A stretch of 64,000 nt of DNA from Eledone cirrhosa (lineage: Eukaryota), in NCBI GenBank assembly GCA_964016885.1, contig OZ024746.1:82584001-82648000 (forward strand). Reading direction: 5' to 3'. Each line of letters starts with the position of its first letter. Positions within the stretch are counted from its first letter, which is position 1. Below, in pieces: positions 14,201 through 25,277 of this stretch. Made by a program: the position numbers and the translations under genes. A model generated the notes under the pieces. That model did no database searches. It saw nothing but the letters and a program-made list of their open reading frames with translations, and had not been told where the DNA came from.

Positions 14201-17200
14201 GAAATATATATTCAATTTCCCCACCACCCGCTTTTCTTCAACTTTGTATTAGTACATATACGTACTATGTTATATTTTGGTTTATTACTTTTATTGTTAA
14301 AATTAAAATGCATCTATCGATATTTGAAAAACTCTTTAAATACATACTCCCCACTTACAATGAAGTTAACGACAAAAAGGAAGAACAGGGGAGAGAACTC
14401 TCTTCTCCCTCTTCAGAGTGTGAATAAATTATACAACTAAATTGTTTTAATAATGAATAAAACGATGCATAAGATAAGGATAAATGTCTTTTAGTGTCAC
14501 AGAAGTTCCTAAGACATTAACTCATATTTCTAGGCGGTAGTAAGACGAACACATACATTGATTGCCAGACAGGCTGTTATACTTATTGCTGGTAACAATT
14601 ACAGCTTAACTGGGAGCTTTTTTGTGGCATAGAGAATTCAGTATTATACTCACAAAAACCAGTAAAATGACTGCGGTAGATTTGAACTAAAAATCCATTC
14701 TTTTGATAGCTTTATACCTCATTTATTTAGCTACTTAAAAAAAAAATCTGATGGCTTAGTCGAAGGCAATATTCATAATTCATAACTCTCTTCAGGGCCT
14801 CCAAAACTGGTGGGAGGAATTCTTCTTCTCACCCAAGACTTGGCCTGAATGTTTGCAACAGAGTAGTCTCTACTAAAAGTACACAAAAATCTCAACAAGC
14901 TGATACACAGGCTAATAATAGTTGGCAATAAGAAGGACATCCAGCTACAGAATCTATACCAAACTATGGAATGTATGATTAAGAGCTAGTTTTCCAACTG
15001 TCTCTTCTTTATTCATAACGTTCCATCTAATCCATGCCAGCATAAAAATAAAATGTAAAATGATGATGTCTACATATTTATCCTAATAATATTTATTATA
15101 ACTAACTACATAGGATGGTGGATTGGCAGTATCGGTAGAGTACTGGACAAAATACTTTGTGTTATTTAGTTATGTCTTCCTATGTTCTGAGTTTATATAC
15201 CGCTTAGGTCAATATTACCTTTCTGGGGTTGATAAAATAAAGCAGCACTGGGTTCGATGTTATTGACTTTCCTCTTCCCCTAATTTGCTGGCCTTGTGCC
15301 AATATTAGAAGGAATTATAATTAATTACATATTAATTATAATTGAATATATGCATTAGAGTAGAAGCTAAATGGTACCAGATTGGCAATTCAAGAGACAC
15401 ATATGAAGCGAAACTAAAGAATGGAGACACAGAAGAATAAACACATACCAATTCAGACGTAATATGGTGCGCATTAAATTGATGGTTTCTGTTCCAATAA
15501 CAATGTCATCAGTCATTAGTAGCTTTAGTAAGTTTTCATCCATTAGAACTGAAAGATAAAGCAAATACTATTTAGTTATTGTGATAGTAAATTAATAAGG
15601 AAATAGTAATACCATTTAGTTATTAATTCTTGGGAAAAAGCACAGCAAAAATCTATGATCTGTATTGAATGAGATGTAATGACATTCATGATATTTTGTC
15701 TGCCTGACATTAAAATATCAATCTTGATCACATGAAACTGAGAGGCTATATAATTTTGATATCCTTAAATCTATCAAAATTCTTGCAGTTATGTTTAAAC
15801 ATGATGATACTGGTGGTATTAAGGATTTATTTAATATACTTTTGTTTTAAATTATTTGCAGTTTGATGAATCAGTAGATTACCATTTTATGGTAAATCCT
15901 TATCCCCCAGTTTATGGAAATATCAGTTTTCCAAATGCTCTACTATTGGCTTACTATAAAACTGGTCAATACCAAATTTACGTATGAGCACTTTACACAA
16001 TAATTTCATTATTTCATTATTATTGTCTAAGTTCTTTTTAGCTGATTTAGGACAATTTTGATGTGCTAAATCCAAAAATTACATTGGTTTTGCTCAATCA
16101 GGTCAACCTTTTGATGTATCGCCACATGATGCTTTTTATGTTTATGTTTATATGTACAGGTATTTTCTATTTATATGATGCAAAATTCTTTCTTATTTCT
16201 TTAAATAAACGAATTCTGAAGAGCTTACATGTGCCAATCTTTGACTAACTTGTATTTTTCTTTTGCAGGTGAATGAAATGGATTCGGCCAGATCTTCCAA
16301 AAATAAGCCCAATGTATTCTGCTACATCTGCGGCGAATACATAGTTGTTCCTAACAGGAATCCAGTCACAAGTTTCATAAAGCATGTTTACCATGCTTAT
16401 TTTGGTATGAAACTTGGTGACCAGGATAAAGCTTGGGTGCCACACATGGTATGCAAGACATGCACCGAGTATCTGTGTCGTTGGATGAAGGGCAAGAAGA
16501 GTTGTCTGAAGTCTGGAATTACCATGGTTTGGAGGGAGCTGACAAACCTTGGCACTGACTGCAATTTCTGTACTATTGATTTGACTGGGATCAACAGAAA
16601 GAACCGGAGCAGCTTCAAGTATCCTGATCTTGAATCAGCACGTCGTCCTGTAGCTTATTGTGATGAAATTCCAGTACCTGTCTTTGGAGAACCTCCTGAC
16701 ATTAGTGATAAAGATTCCTCCAGTATTGAAGAAAATGAAGAAAAAGAAGTGGTTCTTGACGATGATGCTCCAAATTCTTTTTCCCAAAAGAAGCTAAATG
16801 ATCTAGTTCGTGATCTCAGCTTGTCAAAGTCCTCTGCCGAACTGTTGGCATCCAGATTGAAGGAAAAAATCCTCCTCTCTGACAGTGCTTGCATCATCTA
16901 CTACAAGACATCAAGAGTACCTCCATTTTTTCTCTGAAGAGAAGGAGTTGGTGTACTGTACAGATATTGCACAAACTTGGAGTGCCATAGTACCAACCTG
17001 AAGATTGGAGACTGTTCATTGACAGCCGCAAGCGATCACTGAAATGTGTTCTGCTGCACAACGGCAACCAGTTTGCCTCTGTATCCCTCGCTAACTCAAC
17101 TACACTGAAGGGTAGAATGCTTTGTAGTATTCATTCTGGCTTTTTGCACTCTGAATTCAAATCCTGCCGAGGTCAACTTTGTTTCATTCTTTCGAGGTCA

Positions 17201-20200
17201 ATAAAAAAATGTACCAGTCCAAGACTGGGGCTGATTCTTCCTCTTCTTCGGCTGTGTTCAGACCTGGAGAAAGATGGACTCTTCCAGGTTTAAAATGCCC
17301 AAGATATGCTATATGTCAGTACAGCACCCTTACAACTCCATCAGGAGTTATGGGTTGATAGACATATAGTTTATAATGTACACATCGTTACAAGGGTCTC
17401 TGTTTCTCTAAACATTTCTTATTTCGCCTAAACCCAGTTTCTGTCTTCCACCACCACACAGGCTAATTATAATTTAATGGATGAGGAAGTTTAACTGCCA
17501 GAATGACGAATTTAGAAAAACCGACAGGGCTTCAAAATTATCAGCACACGAGTGCAGGGGAGACAACTGTGGTTGTTGCTATTGATTTAGCAGATATATA
17601 ATCAACAGCATTCCAACTATCATCAAGGAATCAGAGCAGAGAACATCGGAACATTTCAACAGTCTGCGGGAACTCTGGAAGGTCATTGTTTGATATTTTG
17701 TGATAAACAGGCGAAACTACAGAGTAACAAGACTCACTTTTTAGCCTTGATATAAATGAATATTAAAACTCTACGTCGGTATTGGTTACTCTTTTCTCTT
17801 AGCCATCAACTACATATGGATATATATATATATTTATTAAAATAACAGATTAAAGTTTAAGCAAAGAATCGCTGCTTTCACCCTTAACGGGATCTTCAAA
17901 TTTATTATTATTACTATATATATATATATATATATTTATCTTACCTGGTTTAACTAGGAAAATGTAACTACTTGTCAAGTAGATCAGTGCATTTATTACT
18001 GTTCTAAAGTCATTGAGAAGAACATCTCTTTGGTTTACAGAGCTCTGTAGACAGAAATAGCAATAGATCATATATAGAAAACATATTAGCTTGATGAGTA
18101 TGAGAAGGTAGAGAAGAGAGGAAATAGAAGCGAGAATAGAGAGATAAGTAAGAGATGTGGAAAGAAAAAAGTAAATGAAGAAAATACACACACACACACA
18201 CATCCTCAAACATGGAATTTGTAAGTTTATATATACAGAAGTGGTGAATTGGCAGAGTCGTTACAACATTGGATAGAATGCTTTATAGTATTCATTCTGG
18301 CTCTCCAAGTCCAAATCCTGCCGAGGTCAACTTTGTCTTTCATCCTTTTGTGGTTGATAAAAAAAGTACCAGTCAAGTACTGGGGTTGATTCTTCCTCTA
18401 TATGTCTTTCTCATTTCCTCTCTCTCACTTTCTGTCTTTCTTTGGAAGAAATCTGCTGTGTTCAGACCTGGAGAGGGATGGGCTCTGGCAGGCTTAATTT
18501 GGACAAGAAATGCTGTATGTCAATATGGTGCCCCTACGACTCTACCAGGAGTTTCAGGACCATACATACCACCGTGTACAGAACTAAAGTGGTGAATTGG
18601 CAGATTCATTAGGGCATCAGATTACAAATGGCTCAGTATTCATTGCAGTTCACTGCACTCTAAGTTCAAATCCCAATGAGGTCAACTTTGCTTTACATCC
18701 TTTCAAGGTCAGTAAAATACCAGTACCGAGGTCAATTCTTCCTCTAGCTCACTTTCTTTTAAAGAAATTGGTTATGTTCTGGCCTGGAGAGGGGTGGGCT
18801 CTGGTACTTTATTTTATCATCCCCAAAAGGATAGAAGGCAAAGTTGACTGTGGCAGGATTTTGAACTTAGAATGTAGAAAGCTATAACTAAATATCACAA
18901 ACAATATCACAACACAGCCTCCCTCTACTCATTGCAGTCCTTTGTCATCTCCACTGTAAAGTTCAGCAATTTGAGATCAGCTCTAATCACCTTTGCTCTT
19001 GGTCTTTCTCTACTACAACTTCCTTCCACTGATATATCCTCAGACTTCTTCAATCGGCATTCATCATCCATGTGCATTACATGTCAATACCAGTGCAGTC
19101 TTCTCTCTTGCACACTATATCTGAATCCTCTTATACCCAGCTTAGATGTAAAAACAGCAACAATGATGATTTTGGAAACATTTCTTAGCACTACATAGTC
19201 AATGATGAAATAGGTATGGTAGCCATCTTCAGTGAAAGTAATTTCAGCAAATAGAAATAGAAGCATTTTGTTTAAGGAATATTATATGATTACAACAAGG
19301 TTTGAGATCCCACCCTATCCAAGGGCTTTAATTATGGTAAAGCTGTGGTATCGTAGGTAGTGGTTGTGTAGCTAGGTAGTGAAGGTTCGAGTGGAGGGGG
19401 AACTAAAAAGGTGGCCCTGGGTAGCCCAGAAGGTAGAGACTGCTCTTTTAAATAAAAAAAAATATATATCTATAATAGCATCCTTCTGATATTCACTTAC
19501 CTCCATCAGATCGTCGTGTATTCTCACAGCCAATATAAGCATATTTTTGATCGCAGTTGGAAGAAATTCATCCTTGAATTCTATAGACTCAGCAAAGTCA
19601 ATACCAGTACATATTTGACTAGAATATGCAAAAAATTTAGATATTTTATACATGCCTCAAATATATGTTTATGAAAATTCCTTACCTCCATCCATACTTT
19701 CACAGTTCTTATGTCTTTTCTTCTTGGATTATATATATATATGATAGTTAAAAAAAGTCATTAGCATGAATTCATACATAACAGTGGGACGCACAGGACA
19801 AAGCAATGGAAAAAACAATGGAAAAGTGGACAGTCCCATCTTCTTAGTCAACCTCTGGAAATTACTTAGTCACTTCATCTGATATATATATATAAATATA
19901 TCTTTTTAGCACTTTTAATATTAATATCTTGCCCTGATTACATGTCAACGTTGTTTGGCTCAAAGCCAACCTTGATTGAAAGGCAGGCATTCCAGCAATG
20001 ATCATTCTTCCATCTTCTTGTGTATCCATGACTACATTATCCAATGTATCTTTTCTCATTCTTTTTGTTTTTAAAGATGGTAGCATGTGATTCAAGGAGA
20101 TTTAGTTGTGTAGAGGCTGTCTTGCCTAATTACATGTTGTAAAGCAAATTGGAAGACTAGAAGCATAGAAGTACCAAAAAAGCTATTGGAATATTTTCTA

Positions 20201-23200
20201 TTTTTACTCTATTAGTGCGGTAAGCAGAAAGGAACAGCAGCCATGGCCTTAACAATCCTTTGAGGATGGATGGGACTGATACTTCTGATCATAGGTTTGC
20301 ATGATCTGAGTTGATCTGGGAGTTAAACAATAACAACCTCCACCATTACCATTTATAGTTTTCATTTATACTCTCTCCAAAAATCATTTTTATCAATCAT
20401 GGGTAGCTATGAGTGGCTATCTCAAGATAAGTGTATCACTTTAACTCTTTTGATATTAACCCACCTGTGAAGTGTTTATATTTCAATCTGACCATTCCGT
20501 CATAATTTTAAGTAAGAACATTTTGTTAAAATATGTCATGTGTATCTGGTTTAGAATAAGAACATTGTATCCCTGTGTGTCATAAGAAACGATTAAAAGG
20601 TTTGGTGTCAGGAAGGGCATCTAAGTGTAAATCATTGCTTCACAAAGTTCCATCCAACTCATGTGAGCATGGAAAGGTTGACATAAAAATGATGTTCTAA
20701 CCACCACTCTAAAAGTGAAAATCCTTCAAAATTCTTCCTTACTTTAAACATTTATTGCAATATATGTATAGTGTATTTCCTTTGAAACATGGTAATAAAA
20801 TGGTTAACCTGAAAATTCTATATCTTGCTAGTGATAAACATAGAAAGCTTACAACTCATCGCTTCATAATTCAGGGGTTTGCCAAAGTAGTAGTGAGAGA
20901 ATCACTATGTAAATGTAGAAGATTTTACATAGGTTGGTATAAGAAAATACAATTGTTAGAAAATAATTTAGAGATGCCATCTGTATAAAAAAACAACAAC
21001 GTTATTGTTAACATTTTTAATGCAGTGAGTTTTAGAAAGTTAAGGATAGTTTCATAATTTTTTAATGAAGACATTATTGTCATTATTTAATAAACATACC
21101 AAATTTCAATCATAGACAAAGCATCCTTTACAACCAGAAGAATATAAATATTACAGAATTGAAATACCTCCTACATAACTCATGATAGGAAAATCATGTT
21201 CTGTTAGCAAAAAGGAGGTCAAATATCTTAAAGTAATTATATATAAAAGATTTTTATCCATCAAATGCTGTAAAATGTAAAACTGCCCCTTTTTCTAACA
21301 GTTTCTATACCCAAGCTTAACATTAAATTATACATTCTTTTTGTCATATTACAATAACCTTTTCTTTTCTGAAATCTTAGTTTTCACCACAGTTATTCTC
21401 TTAATCTAACAATTATGAACATTTGAGATACAATTATTTTTGTTACAGAATCTTAAGCAATAACACCCTTATCCCTTTGGTACCTCATAAAAATGGTTAC
21501 ATCTTTTTTTGCGTGTGTGTAGAGGAATTAGTAGGCTTCAACTGCAAACAGGTATGATCAACTAAAAAATTGGTTATACTTGCGCTCCATGGTTGGTTTA
21601 CATATTTGGGATTGTAGGTCAGGGGTTGGTTTAGTAGGAGTTATGAGTGCAGGTTTACAGTGTTTTCTGAGTGTTTTGCTTATGGGTTAAGGCAATCTGA
21701 GAGTTTTGTTTATCGGTCTTATTTACATATAAATCTCAAATTATGAGAGATAGAATGATAAAATACACTTGAGATGCAGGCCCATGGCTCATTTGAAAGG
21801 TAGGTGGATCTGTTTGAGTACTGACTTATCTGTAGGATATACTTTTAGATACAAACAAAGACAAGATGGTGATTGCTAGAATGCATTTGATCATAGGTCT
21901 GCTCAATTAGAACCAGCCTGGAGCTAAATAATAATAATAATCCAAGAGGGTTGAAAGGTAAAAATGACCTAAGAGAAGTAGATTGGCAGAATCGGTAGAG
22001 TATCAGGTAAAATGCTTCTGGAATTTAATTATAGCCCTTTACTTTTGTAAGTTCAGATCTTATCAAGGTCAGTTTAACCCTTTTGATTCCAAACTGCTTG
22101 AAACTATCCTGGATTTATGATGTAAAACTGTTAATTTTTGAAATCATCATCACCACTACCCCCCTTTACAGTGTGGACTGGGTGCTTTTTGTCATGGCAC
22201 CAGCATGACTGCAGTTATGTTAAATATTTCCATCATAATTTTATTTGAGAAATTATTAAGTAATGTTCAAAATATCAGATTACTCACGAAAAAACTAGTT
22301 GCATTATTAAATCCTTAGTATTGGACAAAATGCTTCACAGCATTTGTTTCAGCTCTTTACGTTCTGAGTTCAAATCCTGCTGAGGTCAACTTTTCTTTTC
22401 ATCATTCCAGGGTTGATAAAATATAGTACCAGTAAGTCACTGGAATCAATTTAATCGACTTTACCCTCCCCATAATTGCTGGCCTTGTGCCAAAAGTAGA
22501 AACAATTATTAAATCCTTCCAAATATTTGATTATTTTCAAAATTAATTGAAACACATAGGCAGCATCTTTCATCAGAAATATGGTATTGAAAGGGTATAT
22601 TTAAAACATCCTAAGTGTGAATGGAATTATAATAGAAGACTCCAGAAAGATTTGAAAACAGAAGAGGAACTAAATACTGTAATGCAATTTATTTGGTACA
22701 CTGTTGTCTAGGCCATTAATAAAACACTAATAAGCAAAACAAAACAAAATCAAGTAAAATATTTAATGTTACCTGAGAAGCTTTGAAAGTTTAGCTGCAG
22801 TTGTCCATCCTCCATCAACTCTGTAGTCTCGTTTTAGAAATACAAGGATTGCCTGGAAAAATTTATATTTCCATAGCAACTTCTTAGTGGCAGGATATTC
22901 TTTATGGTGGAATTGTTTATTATCCAAATAACCTGTAAGATTTAGAAACAGTATAATATTTATAATATTGATTTCTAGCATTGGTAGAGAGCTACAGTTA
23001 TATTAGGAGAGGAAATAATTGATTAAATATCACAGATTCCAGTATTTGACTGGTATTTTATTTTTTCTGGCCAGATAATAAAAAAACAAAGTTAATTTCA
23101 ACAGGAATGCAGCATTGATTTCTAATATTGGCACAAAGCTGCAAATTTATGGGGGGATGAAATAGTCAATTAAATTGACTTTAGTTCATTTTATCAACCC

Positions 23201-23867
23201 TGAAAAAAATATACCCACTACACAATGTAAATGTGGTTGGCATTAAGAAGGGTATCCAGCCATAGAAACCAAGCTAGAATCAGTTTTGTATGTGCAAGGC
23301 ACGATCATCCGATCTGGCTTATCTCACAACAGGACAACTCGTCTAACCCATGCTAGCATAGAAAAATGGACATGAAACGACGACGGCGATGATGATGATG
23401 GAAGGATGCAAAACAAAGTTGACCGATGAAGGATTTGAAGCGAGAATGTAAAGTTACATAAATAATTACTGCAAGGTATTTTTGTGAGCTACTTTACAAT
23501 ATTCGTAACAAGATACACTGTACATGAATTAATTAATGAAGAATTTGAATGGATTTATTAAAATTATTATTTCTTTACGAAGATGATATTTGTAACATAA
23601 ATAAAATTGTGTCGGAAGATGTTAATTTAAATAGTGACCTTTTAAAATAGATAGTTTTGTTCCATAGAACCAGAGGCAGTTTTGGGAGCTTTGGTTTCAA
23701 AAGGGTTAGGGATTCTATCAACCCAGCACCCAAGAAAGAGTGTAGTATTGCCATAGAAGTTAAAAGGATTATAAGTTCTCTTTCAGTTTGAATATATGTA
23801 CAAAAATACATATATAAATACATACACACATACATGTATATATATACTGAGTATACACACACACACG

Positions 23868-23912
<45 letters not shown>

Positions 23913-24866
23913 TATTTAAAATGTTGGAGAGAACAACAAAGATTTATGAATACATGTGTGTGTATTTATATATATATATTATATATATACACACACACCT
24001 CTTTTAAGTTTGACAAGGCATGTAACTCTAGGCCCTATATCATCATCGTTGTTTTACATCTGCTTTTCCATGCTTGCATGGGTTGGATGGGTCTCTTTCT
24101 GCACAGTATCCCTCCACCAGTCGTAGTCCTTCGTCAGCTTCTCTGTAAGCTTCAGCGATTTGGGATTAGCTCTCTCACCCTCTATCTGTTGGACGCAATT
24201 TCTGACAAGAAGCAGGATTTAAACTAAGAGCACAAAGAGTCCGATAAGCACAGGCATTTAATCCGATGCCATAACGACCAGCCAATTAGTCGTTCAGATA
24301 TAAATTAATTGTATCTTTAAACATTAGTAGTATGTGTGTACGCGCGTTTACACACCCACATATATATATATTTATGCATGTGCATGTATAAACATATATA
24401 TGTATGTATGCATATATATATATATTAATAATAATAAATTTGAAGACTAAAATCCAAAGAGGGCTCGATAAGGATAAATATATATCAAATATATAAGAAC
24501 CGTAGAGCAAATATTTATTAAAATAACAGATTAAAGTTTAAGCAAAGAATCGCTGCTTTCACCCTTAACGGGATCTTCTGAAACTCAGTATTTTTGACTA
24601 AAGAAAATAGTCTAATAACAGGGCATATAAGCGTACTGAACGGAAAAAGATGTGTATAAGACTGTTTATATTGTATTTTGTCTGAAGAAGGCATAACATA
24701 TTTTTAATATGATATCCCTGAAATATATATAATGAAATAAATATGGTTTTATAAATATAGTTTCCATTTATTTAATATCGTAAATATACTCCAAATACTT
24801 GTTGAGTGCTTTTATATTAGTTATAAATATTTACTCGTTGTTAACCCAACAATTTAAATAAAACTT

Positions 24867-24908
<42 letters not shown>

Positions 24909-24918
24909 AGTACATTGT

Positions 24919-24993
<75 letters not shown>

Positions 24994-25277
24994 TATATAT
25001 ATAAATATATATGTGTGTGTGTGCAATGTACTTGTGTGTGCGCGTGTATGTAAACATTGGCACTAATCACAAAGAAAAACTAAATCGGAACGCAACAGTT
25101 AGCCGACCACTAAAAATATACTGTAGACATATTTTCAAACTTACTTTTAACTTGTAATAATAGAGAAGGGATTTTTTTATTCCCAGATTTTACAATTTCT
25201 AACGACAAATCTCTCAATTTTTTCTCCCTTTGTTTTATTCGATAATCCAATTCAGATTGGGAACAAGCCGTCTCCAT
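2015..25277 (-). CDS. IQCB1: IQ calmodulin-binding motif-containing protein 1 (nephrocystin-5), whole spliced gene span, 14 coding exons, 593 aa
   Basis: Exon lengths 133+160+118+100+100+96+75+109+110+143+149+129+157+203 = 1782 nt give one open frame, with GT-AG at every junction. The translation is collinear with vertebrate IQCB1 as I recall it ([52 protein letters not shown]). Confidence 0.95.
3856..4012 (-). CDS. IQCB1: IQCB1 coding exon 13 ([24 protein letters not shown]...[15 protein letters not shown])
   Basis: tttcttag| acceptor, A|gtgagt donor. Confidence 0.92.
4749..4877 (-). CDS. IQCB1: IQCB1 coding exon 12 (VRRWLRTK...[21 protein letters not shown])
   Basis: ttttaacag| acceptor; the donor CCG|gttatt is weaker but keeps phase 0. 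Confidence 0.85.
6628..6776 (-). CDS. IQCB1: IQCB1 coding exon 11 with IQ motifs ([15 protein letters not shown]...ATVKIQRA)
   Basis: IQ motif; gatatag| acceptor, GCT|gtaagt donor. Confidence 0.95.
9351..9493 (-). CDS. IQCB1: IQCB1 coding exon 10, coiled-coil-like ([12 protein letters not shown]...[17 protein letters not shown])
   Basis: atttcag| acceptor, T|gttagt donor, phase 2->1. Confidence 0.92.
9720..10024. mobile_element. Non-autonomous hAT (Charlie-type) MITE in IQCB1 intron 9
   Basis: Termini CAGTATTTTTCAA / TTGAGAAACGCTG with a perfect 8-bp TSD GTCTAGAG (9712-9719, 10025-10032), matching the NTCTAGAN target preference. Confidence 0.85.
10086..10195 (-). CDS. IQCB1: IQCB1 coding exon 9 with IQ motif ([14 protein letters not shown])
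   Basis: Canonical IQxxxRGxxxR motif; attag| acceptor, TT|gtaagt donor. Confidence 0.95.
10316..10680 (+). mobile_element. Two tandem copies of a tRNA-derived SINE with a Meta/MESC-like central domain
   Basis: B-box-like GAGTTCAAATCC followed by CGCCGAGGTTAACTTTGCCTTTCATCCTTACGGGGTCGATAAAATAAAGTACCAG and tail GCTGGCCTTGTGCC...GTAGAAAC. About 30 full or partial copies in the window, e.g. 8275(-), 11330, 12325(-), 12745, 15117, 17112, 18240, 18590, 22318, 25688(-), 28625(-), 30783(-), 31168, 32845(-), 36610(-), 37345(-), 37585, 41331, 50585(-), 61345(-). Confidence 0.85.
10689..10803. repeat. 28-bp minisatellite, about 4 copies
   Basis: Unit atgagtgtacactcaatattatttagtg, read directly from the sequence. 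Confidence 0.8.
10816..10924 (-). CDS. IQCB1: IQCB1 coding exon 8 ([37 protein letters not shown])
   Basis: ttcctgatag| acceptor, CAG|gtgag donor. Confidence 0.92.
11991..12157. repeat. Degenerate ~40-bp tandem repeat (accacaaccttcactattaacta)
   Basis: Core seen three times in tandem plus one partial copy near 12140. Confidence 0.65.
12184..12258 (-). CDS. IQCB1: IQCB1 coding exon 7 ([24 protein letters not shown])
   Basis: ctttacag| acceptor, AA|gtaagt donor, phase 2->2. Confidence 0.87.
13550..13624. mobile_element. 75-bp Tc1/mariner-type MITE
   Basis: TA|CAGAGTGTCCCCAAAAATGTATACATACTT ... AAGTATGTATACATTTTTTGGAACACCCTG|TA: 30-bp TIRs and TA TSD. Confidence 0.85.
13794..13889 (-). CDS. 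IQCB1: IQCB1 coding exon 6 ([31 protein letters not shown])
   Basis: tttccag| acceptor, AT|gtaagt donor, LDEIIYKL motif. Confidence 0.92.
15449..15548 (-). CDS. IQCB1: IQCB1 coding exon 5 ([33 protein letters not shown])
   Basis: tttcag| acceptor, TG|gtatgt donor, phase 1->2. Confidence 0.92.
15989..17111 (+). mobile_element. 3'-truncated Chapaev3-like (CMC) DNA transposon in IQCB1 intron 4
   Basis: Starts with CAC. Contains a transposase with the N-terminal Cys cluster FCYICGEY...[16 protein letters not shown]...VWRE...DCNFC. Cut off by a SINE at about 17112. Family assignment is from motif recall. Confidence 0.7.
16278..17110 (+). pseudogene. Decayed transposase (Chapaev3-like)
   Basis: ORF 16263-16937 continues across frameshifts and a stop into [21 protein letters not shown] and [30 protein letters not shown] (first catalytic Asp region). 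Confidence 0.85.
17945..18044 (-). CDS. IQCB1: IQCB1 coding exon 4 ([33 protein letters not shown])
   Basis: ctacag| acceptor, G|gtaag donor, phase 0->1 fits both neighbours. Confidence 0.88.
18915..19160 (-). mobile_element. RTE-clade LINE 3' fragment
   Basis: Translates as [31 protein letters not shown]...[11 protein letters not shown], the typical RTE post-RT segment (RLRWxGHVxR...GRPR). Confidence 0.7.
19501..19618 (-). CDS. IQCB1: IQCB1 coding exon 3 ([39 protein letters not shown])
   Basis: attctag| acceptor, GAG|gtaagt donor, phase 2->0. Confidence 0.93.
22078..22595. mobile_element. Putative piggyBac-like MITE with nested SINE insertions
   Basis: TTAA|CCCTTTTGAT...GAAAGGG termini. 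Related pieces ending in aaagggttaa or similar at 1-52, 2620-2820, 3250-3490 and 23575-23708. Confidence 0.45.
22773..22932 (-). CDS. IQCB1: IQCB1 coding exon 2 (YLDNKQ...[21 protein letters not shown])
   Basis: tcttacag| acceptor, AG|gtaaca donor, GGWTT motif. Confidence 0.95.
24674..24739 (+). ncRNA. Type-I hammerhead ribozyme motif, intact core
   Basis: Helix I tattttgt/atgaaata; CTGAAGA; helix II agg.ata.catatt/aatatg.tat.cct; GAAA; palindromic helix III TATATA; TA cleavage site after 24731. Confidence 0.75.
25145..25277 (-). CDS. IQCB1: IQCB1 coding exon 1 ([44 protein letters not shown])
   Basis: ATG at 25277, donor A|gtaagt. Resembles the IQCB1 N-terminus (EVAKS...VPVILLKLK). Confidence 0.88.

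Noticed and set aside
19681-19730. Second donor-like site GATGGAG|gtaagg resembling the exon 3 donor
   Set aside because: No convincing acceptor or IQCB1-like peptide upstream, and the gene model is complete without it.
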